Source: an uncultured Planctomycetia bacterium
Lineage (GTDB): Bacteria; Omnitrophota; Gorgyraeia; JABMRG01
DNA: 64,000 bases
Reading direction: 5' to 3'
Assembly: GCA_964634945.1 (NCBI GenBank)
Contig: CAZWMG010000006.1
Location: 736-64,735 of the forward strand
Of the stretch, positions 49,865-59,171 are shown one piece after another. Numbering within the stretch: position 1 is the stretch's first letter; every line of letters begins with the position of its first letter. Under the pieces are notes generated by a model that was not told the DNA's origin, ran no database searches, and worked only from the letters and a program-made list of their open reading frames with translations. The position numbers and the translations under genes were made by a program.

Positions 49865-50171
49865 TACCTCTCTCCTTAATGAGGTCACAACTTAGACCTG
49901 CCTGCCGGCAGGCAGGGAACAAGGTGAACTAAGTTGTTTGACCGAATTAACCCCGTACCCAAGCCTGGCGTCTAAATGCACACTTCGCAGGCGAGTGGTG
50001 TCGAGGTAACGACTACCCACAACTTAGAAAACAAAGTTGTATGAGCAAATTAACCTATGAATCCTATAAAAGTCTAACTTCTAATATATTATTAAATTAT
50101 CACAATGTCAATAAAATTGGCATTTTAACAATTATTTTTATTCTCTTCTACCCACAAGCGCTTAAAAATTG

Positions 50172-51263
50172 CTATTTTAAGCGCCTTAAAATTGCTGACT
50201 TTATAACCTCGCGCGGCACCTGATCGCATACTACTACATGGCCTATATCTACAGGTAAGATCCAACGCTTCTTTCCCCTTACAATCTTTTTGTCATATGA
50301 AGTGGCCATTAGAACATCTTCAGGAGATATGCCTTTAACGAAAACAGGCAGCCCTACCTGCTTTATCAAGGCTTCTACACGTCCGGCTATCGAGGCTTTT
50401 GTCATTTTCAGTGCAAGCGCAATATCAAAAGCAGCGATCATGCCTATTCCGATGGCTTCTCCATGATTAATCGATCTCTTATATGAAGATGCCGCTTCAA
50501 TAGCGTGGCCTATGGTGTGACCGAAATTCAATATCGACCTATAACCAAGCTTTTCGTGCTCATCAGCCGCTACAACCTCTGCCTTTAATTTGCCACAACG
50601 CGCAACCATGTATTCTGTAGGTGCCTTGTTAAAATTAATTATTTTAGAGGCGTTTTTCTCAAGATAATTAAAAAATTTATTATCAAGTATAACGCCATAT
50701 TTAATTATCTCTGCCAGTCCATTACGTATCTGACGCTTAGGTAGGCTCTTGATAACAGAGACATCTGCTATAACAACCTTTGGCTGGTAAAACGAACCTA
50801 CAAGGTTTTTCGCGAAATCTAAATCTATAGCGACCTTACCGCCTATAGCGGAATCTACCTGCGCTAGAAGCGTTGTCGGAATCTGGACAAAACCTACACC
50901 ACGGCGGTATGTAGAAGCGACAAACCCCGCAAGATCCCCTACTACCCCTCCGCCAAGAGCTATGACGCAGGCCCCCTTGCCCTTATCAAATCTGGCGAGG
51001 CTCTTAAGAACCCTGAACCAGCTTAGATAAGATTTGGCATTTTCTGAATCAGGGACCATGCAAAACGTAAAATCCATTCCGGATGCAGCGATAGACCTGC
51101 CTAGCCTATCCCCGTAAAGAGACATTATCTTTTTATTAGTTACTATAAAACAGGCCTTTGCGATATTTAAAGACCTTATTATCCTTCCCGCGTTAGAGAG
51201 TGCCCCTGCCTCTATGCAAATATTGTAGCTTTCCTTACCGAGATCAACTTTTACCTTGTTCAT
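50172..51263 (-). CDS. aroB: 3-dehydroquinate synthase
   Basis: ALGGGVVGDLAGF, PTTLLAQVDSAIGGK, LNFGHTIGHA, HGEA. Confidence 0.97.
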   Translation of the reverse strand: MNKVKVDLGKESYNICIEAGALSNAGRIIRSLNIAKACFIVTNKKIMSLYGDRLGRSIAASGMDFTFCMVPDSENAKSYLSWFRVLKSLARFDKGKGACVIALGGGVVGDLAGFVASTYRRGVGFVQIPTTLLAQVDSAIGGKVAIDLDFAKNLVGSFYQPKVVIADVSVIKSLPKRQIRNGLAEIIKYGVILDNKFFNYLEKNASKIINFNKAPTEYMVARCGKLKAEVVAADEHEKLGYRSILNFGHTIGHAIEAASSYKRSINHGEAIGIGMIAAFDIALALKMTKASIAGRVEALIKQVGLPVFVKGISPEDVLMATSYDKKIVRGKKRWILPVDIGHVVVCDQVPREVIKSAILRRLK

Positions 51264-51354
51264 TGAGACGCTCCTTTATATATTAGTTTAAGTATAGCAA
51301 CATAAATATAAGCTGTCAAGAAAGGATAAAGAAAAAAAGTATAAAGTAAAAAGG

Positions 51355-51578
51355 ATAAAGGAAAAGAGGTAAATAATAAATCCTAAACTCTAATATCTAA
51401 ATCCTAAACAAATTCAAAATTCTAATTTCTAGAATTCAAAACTTTTTTTTGAACATTTGGATTTTGGTAATTTAATATTGTTTAGAGTTTAGAACTTAGG
51501 ATTTAGAATTTAAGGATTAGGCTTGTTGCTTAATGCTTACAACTTAATACTAAATTCGAATATATAAATAGAATAGCG
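51355..51578. repeat. Heptamer-periodic hairpin element, copy 3
   Basis: Reverse complement of 49139-49360. Confidence 0.92.
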
Positions 51579-51587
51579 GTTTTGGAT

Positions 51588-52211
51588 TTAGAAGGAGATA
51601 TTTATGCCTAGATACTTTACAACAATAAGCATGGCGCCATATATTAGTCTTCTTAGCATGCCTGTCCATAAAAGCAGGATTATAATAAGAAAACCATATG
51701 GCTGGATCTTGTTATACGCGGCGAGATACTGATATGGCAGCAGGGCGCTGACGATACGTGAACCATCAAGTGGGGGTATTGGGATCAGGTTAAATACAGC
51801 CAAGATAACATTGATAATAATGCCAAAAAATATAGCCTGTCCAAAGATTGTATGAACCAGCATAGGAAAAAGCTTTATCAGGATGCTTAAAATCGCGGCT
51901 AATAAAAAATTAGCAGCCGGCCCAGCCAAGCCCACCCAAAGCATATCACGCTTAGGATTTCTTAGGCTCATAAAATCTACAGGCACGGGCTTTGCCCAAC
52001 CTATCGGTGGAATATGCGCTATAGTAAGAAGCAAAGGCAGGATTATAGTTCCAAAAGGGTCTATATGCGCGATCGGGTTTAAGGTAAGACGCCCCATGTA
52101 TTTAGCTGTCGGATCGCCTAACCTATAGGCGACAAGGCCATGGGCATATTCATGTATAGTTATAGCAAATATTAGAATTACAAATTGCAGTATAATGTAA
52201 TGGACCATCAC
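51588..52211 (-). CDS. Site-2 protease family (M50) metalloprotease
   Basis: HEYAH, GRLTLNP..H.D, AGP..N, FNLIPIPPLDG. Confidence 0.93.
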   Translation of the reverse strand: MMVHYIILQFVILIFAITIHEYAHGLVAYRLGDPTAKYMGRLTLNPIAHIDPFGTIILPLLLTIAHIPPIGWAKPVPVDFMSLRNPKRDMLWVGLAGPAANFLLAAILSILIKLFPMLVHTIFGQAIFFGIIINVILAVFNLIPIPPLDGSRIVSALLPYQYLAAYNKIQPYGFLIIILLLWTGMLRRLIYGAMLIVVKYLGINISF

Positions 52212-52232
52212 TTATGACCCTTAAAAAAATAT

Positions 52233-52553
52233 CTACTTTATCGTAGATCCGGCAGGCAGGCCCTTATCAAGAGTTAAGATCGAAAGCATCTCACTATCAC
52301 TCGCGGCAAGCAGCATGCCGTTAGATTCCACGCCTCTTATTACGGCAGGTTCAAGATTTACAATAACCGCTACATTTTTACCTATAAGCTCTTCAGGCGT
52401 ATAGTGTTTTTTTATGCCTGCGACTACCTGCCTCTTTTCACTGCCTAAATCGATATCAACCACATAGAGTTTATCAGCGTCGGGATGGTCTTTCACACTC
52501 AGTATGGTCGCTGTCTTTATCTCTACTTTTTTAAACTCATCAAATGTTATCAT
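52233..52553 (-). CDS. tRNA-binding OB-fold protein (MetG C-terminal/CsaA-like)
   Basis: HPDADKL, RQVVAGI, NLEPA.IRGVESNGM.LAA. Confidence 0.9.
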   Translation of the reverse strand: MITFDEFKKVEIKTATILSVKDHPDADKLYVVDIDLGSEKRQVVAGIKKHYTPEELIGKNVAVIVNLEPAVIRGVESNGMLLAASDSEMLSILTLDKGLPAGSTIK

Positions 52554-52586
52554 AAGATCACCGCAAACGGACTAAATAGCATAAGT

Positions 52587-52868
52587 TTATTTCTTACCTT
52601 TTTCTTTTGGTGCTTCCTTGGCCTTATCTTCAGCTACGGGAGCATCCGCGGGAGCAGCCGCATCAGTAGTTTCTTCGCCTTCTGCCGCCTCTTTCTTCTC
52701 CTTCTTAAACTTCAACTTCACCACCTTTACCTTAGGAAGGCCAAAGATAGAGTCCTTGTCTTCTTCCCATTTTTCTTCCTTTTGAAGAAGTAAAAGCCTG
52801 GCAAGGCGCTTTAGTACGCTCTTTTGCTGCTTGCCTTTTCCACTCTTGAAACTCGGATGAACTGACAT
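52587..52868 (-). CDS. Small basic protein, PVC superphylum signature family (TIGR04137-like)
   Basis: MS.HPS ... SVLKR..R ... W.....S.FGLPKVK. Confidence 0.85.
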   Translation of the reverse strand: MSVHPSFKSGKGKQQKSVLKRLARLLLLQKEEKWEEDKDSIFGLPKVKVVKLKFKKEKKEAAEGEETTDAAAPADAPVAEDKAKEAPKEKGKK

Positions 52869-52884
52869 TTTTATTACCTCCTGA

Positions 52885-53451
52885 TTAAATTTTTCTTACC
52901 AGACAATCGGAATATTGCTTGCGCAGCCTCTTCATCTCTGAATCAGCATCCTCTTTATCCCTGAACTTGCCTATGCACATAATATAATAACTTCCCTTAT
53001 GTAACGCGAAAGCCTCGTAACCCTCAGATTTGAGCTTATCTACACGCCCTTTCGCGAAACTCTCACTCGTATAAGAAGCTACTTGAACCGTATAACCCGG
53101 AAGAGGCTTTTCCTCATACTCCGACAACAACTCGTCTTCGCTTTCTTTTTTTACAACCGCGTCCTCGGCATGCTCATCTGTTTTTGATAAAACTATCTTT
53201 TCCGTATCTTTTTTCGCGTCTTGGGCAAAAGATGCTCTTTTCAAACGAACAGATTTGCCTCTTTCAACACCTAATGAAAAGACTATGATAGAGAATACGA
53301 TTAACCCGATAGCTATAAACGCGATATGTTCATATAGGAGCGTTATCGCTCTCTTAGACTTATTTTCAAACAGATTTTTTGGATACCTTCTTTTTTCAGG
53401 ACTTCCAAACTCTTCAAAAAGCTCTTTCTGGACCTGTCTCTTCTCATCCAT
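52885..53451 (-). CDS. SPOR domain membrane protein
   Basis: TM, FSLGVERGK, YTVQVASY ... GKF. Confidence 0.82.
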   Translation of the reverse strand: MDEKRQVQKELFEEFGSPEKRRYPKNLFENKSKRAITLLYEHIAFIAIGLIVFSIIVFSLGVERGKSVRLKRASFAQDAKKDTEKIVLSKTDEHAEDAVVKKESEDELLSEYEEKPLPGYTVQVASYTSESFAKGRVDKLKSEGYEAFALHKGSYYIMCIGKFRDKEDADSEMKRLRKQYSDCLVRKI

Positions 53452-53523
53452 AATCTAATCTCTTATTCTTTCATGTAAAGCATTGTATTATAACACAATA
53501 AATGAGCAATACAAATAAAAAAA

Positions 53524-53752
53524 CGCTATCTCTGCGTTTAGTCGTAAGTTGTAAGTATTAAGTACTAAACCCAATCTTTAAATTCTAAATCCTAAGTTCT
53601 AAACTCTAAACAATATCAAATTACCAAAATCTAAATGTCCAAAACGAAAGTTTTGAATTTTGAAAATTAGAATTTTGAATTTGTTTAGGATTTAGATATT
53701 AGAGTTTAGGATTTATTATTTACCTCTTTTTCTTCACCTTCACCTTTACCTA
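53524..53752. repeat. Heptamer-periodic hairpin element, copy 4
   Basis: Same orientation and core as 49139-49360. Confidence 0.9.
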
Positions 53753-53763
53753 GTTCATAGCAT

Positions 53764-54438
53764 CTATCGTACCGTAAGCTTAAATAAATCCGTATTTATG
53801 CTGATAGAGGGGTTGTCCGTACTCCCTGATACATACAGATCTACTTCTGAAAATTGCCCGTTTGTCTTAAAAAATACTTTTCTTACACTATCAGGTATGC
53901 CGGAAGTTAATTCATTAGATAGGATAAGCTTAAAACTATAGCCTATCTCCTTACCGCGTATCGAACCGTCTGCAAAGACCTTTAGCAACTTTCCTTCCGC
54001 GTGAAGCGCGTTTATAGTGATGTCTTCTCTGCTTATATAAAGCTTTCCTTTAACATAATCAAAACTAAGAACATCCAAAGGCTTAATAGACAACGTATCC
54101 GCTATCCCATCTATAATCTTTGAATCCGGATAAGAAAGCTTGAGGTCCTTCATATTGAATGTCAAATGTATCCTCATCGCCAGAAAAGATGATGCCTCAA
54201 TGTGCAAAATCACTTCTCCTACAGCACAATTAAGCCCCTTATTATTGGCTATGTTTAAGCCTTCTATATCTATTCTTGGCCCTAGTCCTAAATTAAAATT
54301 CTCTGTAGTTACCTTGGCATCTAGCTTGTTGGAGAGATATGCTACTAATAGCCTCTCGCTTAATAGATTACGAAAATATACAAGCGATGAAAGCAATAAA
54401 ATAATAATAACTACGATTGATATATAAGTCTTTTTCAT
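53764..54438 (-). CDS. Hypothetical AsmA-like protein
   Basis: N-terminal anchor; C-terminal VSGSTDNP.I. Confidence 0.6.
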   Translation of the reverse strand: MKKTYISIVVIIILLLSSLVYFRNLLSERLLVAYLSNKLDAKVTTENFNLGLGPRIDIEGLNIANNKGLNCAVGEVILHIEASSFLAMRIHLTFNMKDLKLSYPDSKIIDGIADTLSIKPLDVLSFDYVKGKLYISREDITINALHAEGKLLKVFADGSIRGKEIGYSFKLILSNELTSGIPDSVRKVFFKTNGQFSEVDLYVSGSTDNPSISINTDLFKLTVR

Positions 54439-54484
54439 CTTCAACCTTTGTAACTTTTGTAACCACACTCTATTTGTTCTTATA

Positions 54485-56011
54485 TTACAGCGGTTTTTTA
54501 AGCTCCTCAGAGTGTTTTCTCATCAACTGCTCAAGCCTGCCATCCTTAGCAAGCAATACAAGGACCTTCACTATATCCGGATCGAACTGCTTTCCTGATT
54601 GTCGACGCACTTCTGATACAACCATGCGAAAAGGTATAGGCTCACGATATGGCCTGTAACAGACCATGGCCTCAAAGGCATCCGCTATAGCCATAATACG
54701 CGCGCCCAAAGGTATCTTTTCTCCTTTTAACCTGTCTGGGTAGCCTGTACCATCATACTTTTCATGGTGATGCAGTATTATAGGTATTACAGGCTTTAAT
54801 ACATCGAGATACTTAAGCGCCTCAATGCCCTTTACTGTATGGGTCTTTAACATCTTACGCTCTTTTCCACTTAAACCTTTTTTCTTCTGGAGCGTCTCTT
54901 CGGGGATAACCAGCTTTCCGAGATCAGGCATAAGAGCGGAATATTGAATGATCTTAAGTTCCTTTTTTGTCAGGCCCAATTCTCTGCCAAGCTCAATTAT
55001 CAGATCCTCAAAAAGGCCTGTGTGAGTATAGAGCCTTGGAAATTTTGCGTCCAGAAGATAGCCTAAAGATTTTATAGTGCCCGCTGTCAGGTCTTCCTGC
55101 TCCTTGTAGAGCTGCGCGTTTCCTATAGCGATTACAGCCTGCTCCGCGAGAGTCGTAAGTATCTCACGGTCAAATATCGTAAAATTATCAGCGCCTATCT
55201 TATCTTTGATAGTTATAACCCCGCATATCTCTTCATCCACAAGAGGCACGCTAAGGAGATTATCCTTATAAATGGATCTGCCATAACAAGCGACTTTTTT
55301 CTCAAATGGCGTTGGCTTTGTGTTAAGCTTAAATACATCACTGCTCTTTCTGTAATCAACCGAGGTAACGCAGGCGAGTTTGCTTGTCTCCTGGTCTATC
55401 ATGCATATTCGCACTCTCTCCGCTTTTAATACCTGCAGACTAAGACGCGCTATCCTGGGAAAGAGCTCCTTAAGATCCAGCGTAGAACTGATTAGGCGAT
55501 GGATAGTATGCACTGTAGATAAGGCTATCGCGCGGGGCCTTACGAGCTCATAGAGCCTGGTGAGCTCTTTTTCCCTGCTCATCTCCTTAATAATTATATC
55601 TACATAACCCGCAAGGATATCAAGAAGCGCGGGATCAGGTTTGACCTTAAGGTCATATACACCAAAGAAGCCGACACATTTTCCCTGCCTTTCAATAGGC
55701 GCGGCTATCCCATATGTATTATTTAAACTGGCTTCAAAAAAAACAGGGAACTTAGACTTCTCTGCCTGACTCATGGCCCTTAGAATGTTCTTCTTATAAT
55801 CAGCGAGAGAAAGATAGTCTTCCACGCCCCTGGCCCTCTTTAAACGTGTAATCGGCAGAATACTTCCGGGGCTTCTTTTATCCGCTACCCACCACATAGG
55901 CCTATGTAGAAATTTATCAAAGGCATCTTTTAAATCTCTGTAACCTGTGTTTTCAAGCAGAGAATGAAAGAAACTTTTATTCTTTGCTGATTTTCCTATT
56001 CGCTTCATCAT
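54485..56011 (-). CDS. Sensor plus GAF plus HD-GYP protein with degenerate HD motif
   Basis: MPDLGK replaces LHDIGK; HHHEKYDGTGYP and RPYR retained. Confidence 0.85.
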   Translation of the reverse strand: MMKRIGKSAKNKSFFHSLLENTGYRDLKDAFDKFLHRPMWWVADKRSPGSILPITRLKRARGVEDYLSLADYKKNILRAMSQAEKSKFPVFFEASLNNTYGIAAPIERQGKCVGFFGVYDLKVKPDPALLDILAGYVDIIIKEMSREKELTRLYELVRPRAIALSTVHTIHRLISSTLDLKELFPRIARLSLQVLKAERVRICMIDQETSKLACVTSVDYRKSSDVFKLNTKPTPFEKKVACYGRSIYKDNLLSVPLVDEEICGVITIKDKIGADNFTIFDREILTTLAEQAVIAIGNAQLYKEQEDLTAGTIKSLGYLLDAKFPRLYTHTGLFEDLIIELGRELGLTKKELKIIQYSALMPDLGKLVIPEETLQKKKGLSGKERKMLKTHTVKGIEALKYLDVLKPVIPIILHHHEKYDGTGYPDRLKGEKIPLGARIMAIADAFEAMVCYRPYREPIPFRMVVSEVRRQSGKQFDPDIVKVLVLLAKDGRLEQLMRKHSEELKKPL

Positions 56012-57183
56012 ACCCTCTCGTAAGGCTCAAAAAGCTTCTTATACTCATCAAGCGCGTATCTATCTGTCATACCTGCTATATAATCACATATGATCGCCCT
56101 GCGCGCAGAGTCATCCTTCGCCCTTTCATAATAGCTGCTTGGCAAAAGACGTGGCTCATCAAGATAAACGTTAAAAAGTTTCACAATAAAACGCTTTGCC
56201 TTATTTGCCATACGCATCACTCTATAGTGTTTATAAAAATTCTTTAAGAGAAAATCCCGTAAAACCACCTTCTGAGAATTTAATGACGATGAGAAATCAA
56301 TTATCTTGACATCACATTTTCTGGCCTTTTCAACAGAATCTATATTGTACTTTTTTATGCGCTTCTCAGATTCACCTATAAGGTCTGTTACAAGCCTGTT
56401 TATGAGCGCCCTGATAGCCTGGTACCTTCTCTGTTCAGTGTCCATGGGTTGTCGCAGATTCTTTGTATCCAGGCTTAAGCCCTTCCATATCTCAAGTTTT
56501 TCAAGTAAGGGCTCGGATAATATCCTGCTCGTAAGCCCATCATCAAGATCGTGGCTGAAATACGCTATCTCATCCGCCACATCCACAATCTGAGCCTCTA
56601 GCGTAGGGAACTGCTTCAGATCAAATTCTTCTGTCTTAGGAGGATTATCAAAAGAGCTGCTGTGCCTGGCAATGCCTTCTCTGACCTCAAAGGTAAGATT
56701 TAAACCCGCAAACTCAGGGTAGCGCTTCTCCAGCAAATCAATGACTCGCAGACTCTGCATATTATGGTCGAACCCGCCAAAGGGCTGCATAAGCTCATTT
56801 AATATCTCTTCACCTGAATGCCCAAAAGGGGTATGGCCAAGATCGTGCGCCAGGGAGATAGCTTCAACAAGGTCCTCGTTCAATGAAAGAGCGCGCGCGA
56901 TAGTACGGGCTATCTGCGCGACCTCTAATGTATGCGTTAAACGTGTGCGGTAATAATCACCTTCATAATTTACAAAAACCTGTGTCTTGTATTCCAAGCG
57001 CCTGAAAGCGGTAGTATGCAGGACCCTCTCCCTGTCCCTTTGATACATAGAACGATACGGGTGCTCCTTCTCGTTATGGCTCCTGCCTTTACTAAGGGGA
57101 GAGCTCATCGCGTATGGAGCAAGAAGAGATTCTGAATGAATTGAACTTAGGGCCTTACTAGGCATTTTTTCGTAACCTTTCAT
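56008..57183 (-). CDS. dgt: dGTP triphosphohydrolase
   Basis: RDRERV.H..AFRRL..KTQVF, RTRLTH, HDLGHTPFGH.GE, DYIAGMTDRYA. Confidence 0.95.
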   Translation of the reverse strand: MKGYEKMPSKALSSIHSESLLAPYAMSSPLSKGRSHNEKEHPYRSMYQRDRERVLHTTAFRRLEYKTQVFVNYEGDYYRTRLTHTLEVAQIARTIARALSLNEDLVEAISLAHDLGHTPFGHSGEEILNELMQPFGGFDHNMQSLRVIDLLEKRYPEFAGLNLTFEVREGIARHSSSFDNPPKTEEFDLKQFPTLEAQIVDVADEIAYFSHDLDDGLTSRILSEPLLEKLEIWKGLSLDTKNLRQPMDTEQRRYQAIRALINRLVTDLIGESEKRIKKYNIDSVEKARKCDVKIIDFSSSLNSQKVVLRDFLLKNFYKHYRVMRMANKAKRFIVKLFNVYLDEPRLLPSSYYERAKDDSARRAIICDYIAGMTDRYALDEYKKLFEPYERV

Positions 57184-57631
57184 ATAGGCAGGACAAAGAC
57201 TCTGATATTACCTTTACGTCGCCAAGTATCGGCATGAAGTTTGTATCGCCCTCCCAGCGAGGCACAATATGCATATGAACATGCCCGGGAAATCCCGCGC
57301 CGGATACCTTTCCGACATTAACACCTATGTTATAACCTTGGGGTTTTATAACCTTGCTTAAGAGGCTGGTCGTCTTATTGAGTAAGCGCATCAGATCCGC
57401 AGTCTCAGGCGCTGAAAGCTTTTCAAGGGATGACTTGTGCTTTTTTGGCACAACCATTATATGGCCATTGTTATATGGATATATATTTAACATTGAAAAA
57501 GAATGCCTTGTCTTTTCAATGACATAACTCTTTTTCATATCGCGCGAATCTCTTGCCTGGCAGAAGATGCACCCCTGCCTCTTTCGCTGGTAAATAAATT
57601 TGCTTCTCCATGGCGCCCATATGGTTTTCAT
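57158..57631 (-). CDS. HIT family nucleotide hydrolase
   Basis: WAPWR, CIFC, YPYNNGH, HVHMHIVPRW.GD.NF. Confidence 0.93.
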   Translation of the reverse strand: MKTIWAPWRSKFIYQRKRQGCIFCQARDSRDMKKSYVIEKTRHSFSMLNIYPYNNGHIMVVPKKHKSSLEKLSAPETADLMRLLNKTTSLLSKVIKPQGYNIGVNVGKVSGAGFPGHVHMHIVPRWEGDTNFMPILGDVKVISESLSCLYERLRKNA

Positions 57632-57654
57632 AAGCTACTCTCCGCGTTAAACTC

Positions 57655-57773
57655 GAAATCCTAAACTCTAAACAATGTCAAATGAACAAAATCCGAATAT
57701 CTAAATTTTTTGAATTTAGAAAATTAGAATTTTGAATTTGTTTAGGATTTAGATATTAGAGATTAGGATTTAA
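57655..57773. repeat. Heptamer-periodic hairpin element, copy 5 (short), overlapping the thyA stop
   Basis: AAATCCTAAACTCTAAACAA...TTGTTTAGGATTTAGATATTAGAGATTAGGATTT. Confidence 0.85.
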
Positions 57774-58596
57774 CTTTATCCTTTACCTTTTCGTGACTCA
57801 GCCTCTTCCGCGCTTCTTCAAAAAACGTCTCCGCGAAACTGCTATCCCAAACCCTCTGGTTGAAATCCCTTTTCTCAACCAGATCAAGAAAGCCCTTAAA
57901 ATCTTCATAATAGCTTCCATATATATGAAAACTGTCGGTAATATCCGTATGCCTTCCAACATCAATCTTCTTGCCTGTCTTTTCTGATATACGTTGCGCA
58001 ATCTCTCTCTGTAAATCTGTAAGCGCGAATATATTCATGAATGCCGCTTTGAACGCATCTCTGGAGCGCCAGTGCGTATTCATATTAAGAAGCAATCTAT
58101 TCTCCTGAGATGATATCCTAAACCATACCCTTTGCAGGCATGGCGGGTCATCTGTCGGTATGTCAAGTTTGGGATTCCATGTTATGGCCTGCGCTCTCCT
58201 TGAGTAACTACTTTCGCTAAGCTTGTTAACAATGTAATCCATCTGGTCGATTATATCTGTTTCACTTTTGTAGGAAAAGAGCCTCTGGTGGTATGTATAT
58301 GTCCATTTTCCTTCTTCAGGGGCTATCCAATGATCGTGAACCCCATCGACAACCTCCTGCCTGTAAACCTCGAGGTCATCAAGGCCGCCTGGAAACGCCC
58401 TATGTATGCGCGGCTCTTTAAACGGGGAGTTTATAACGATTATCATTGTAGCGTCTCTGCTTGGCGGATCATCGGGCTTATCATACTCTGTCCTTACCTG
58501 CGTGCCTTCTTTCCATGTCCTGATAACCGCTTCTTCCCATGCTTCAGGTAGGGTATCTCGCTGAACCTGGATTACCGGTATCCCCTCTGTCTTCAT
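57763..58596 (-). CDS. thyA: Thymidylate synthase (archaeal-like ThyA)
   Basis: YTYHQRL, SRRAQAITW, DPPCLQ, RSRD...A...N, SFHIY. Confidence 0.85.
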   Translation of the reverse strand: MKTEGIPVIQVQRDTLPEAWEEAVIRTWKEGTQVRTEYDKPDDPPSRDATMIIVINSPFKEPRIHRAFPGGLDDLEVYRQEVVDGVHDHWIAPEEGKWTYTYHQRLFSYKSETDIIDQMDYIVNKLSESSYSRRAQAITWNPKLDIPTDDPPCLQRVWFRISSQENRLLLNMNTHWRSRDAFKAAFMNIFALTDLQREIAQRISEKTGKKIDVGRHTDITDSFHIYGSYYEDFKGFLDLVEKRDFNQRVWDSSFAETFFEEARKRLSHEKVKDKVKS

Positions 58597-59084
58597 ATTT
58601 CTAACCTCACAATTGTTGGAGTTATCTTCTCACCAATCTCTAGTATACCAAATGAATTGTATGGCGCAAAGACTTTTTCAGTAGGACTGCCCGGGCAAAA
58701 ATATAGTACATCATCTATATAATCTATCTTCGGGATATGTGTGTGGCCATATATTATGCAATCTAGCTTCTCATCCTTAAACATCTCCTTAACGTAATCT
58801 ATAAGCTTATCAGGCCCGCCGTAACCGTGGGCTATGCCAACCTTAAAAGAACCTAGTTCTAAGATCTTTTTTACGGGAAACCGCCTACTGATGATAGCGG
58901 TATCCATGTTACCGACAACTCCTTCTACCGGGGCTATCTTCTCAAGCTCTTCGATTACAGAGAGTTCCGTACAATCCCCCGCATGAATTATAAGGTCCAC
59001 GCCTTTTATCCCTTCAAGGAGCGTATTCGGGAGAGCGTTACATGTCGCGGGAATGTGTGTATCTGATATAACAGCTACTTTCAT
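58593..59084 (-). CDS. YfcE-like metallophosphoesterase
   Basis: SDTH, HAGD, GNMD, HG, GHTH, PGS. Confidence 0.92.
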   Translation of the reverse strand: MKVAVISDTHIPATCNALPNTLLEGIKGVDLIIHAGDCTELSVIEELEKIAPVEGVVGNMDTAIISRRFPVKKILELGSFKVGIAHGYGGPDKLIDYVKEMFKDEKLDCIIYGHTHIPKIDYIDDVLYFCPGSPTEKVFAPYNSFGILEIGEKITPTIVRLEI

Positions 59085-59171
59085 AATATTGATCCTTTTT
59101 CTGTTGCCTCTTATGTCTTGTGCCTTGCACCTTGGGGCTCTTGCGCCTTACGCCTTGTGCCTTCGTATGCC

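Noticed and set aside
49910-49965. Cobalamin or c-di-AMP riboswitch fragments (GGGAA..GGTG; GGGGTTAAT)
   Set aside because: Only isolated words match; the required flanking stems and motifs are missing.
49139-51578. Composite transposon carrying aroB
   Set aside because: No transposase or target duplication; the flanks belong to a dispersed repeat family and the cargo is housekeeping.
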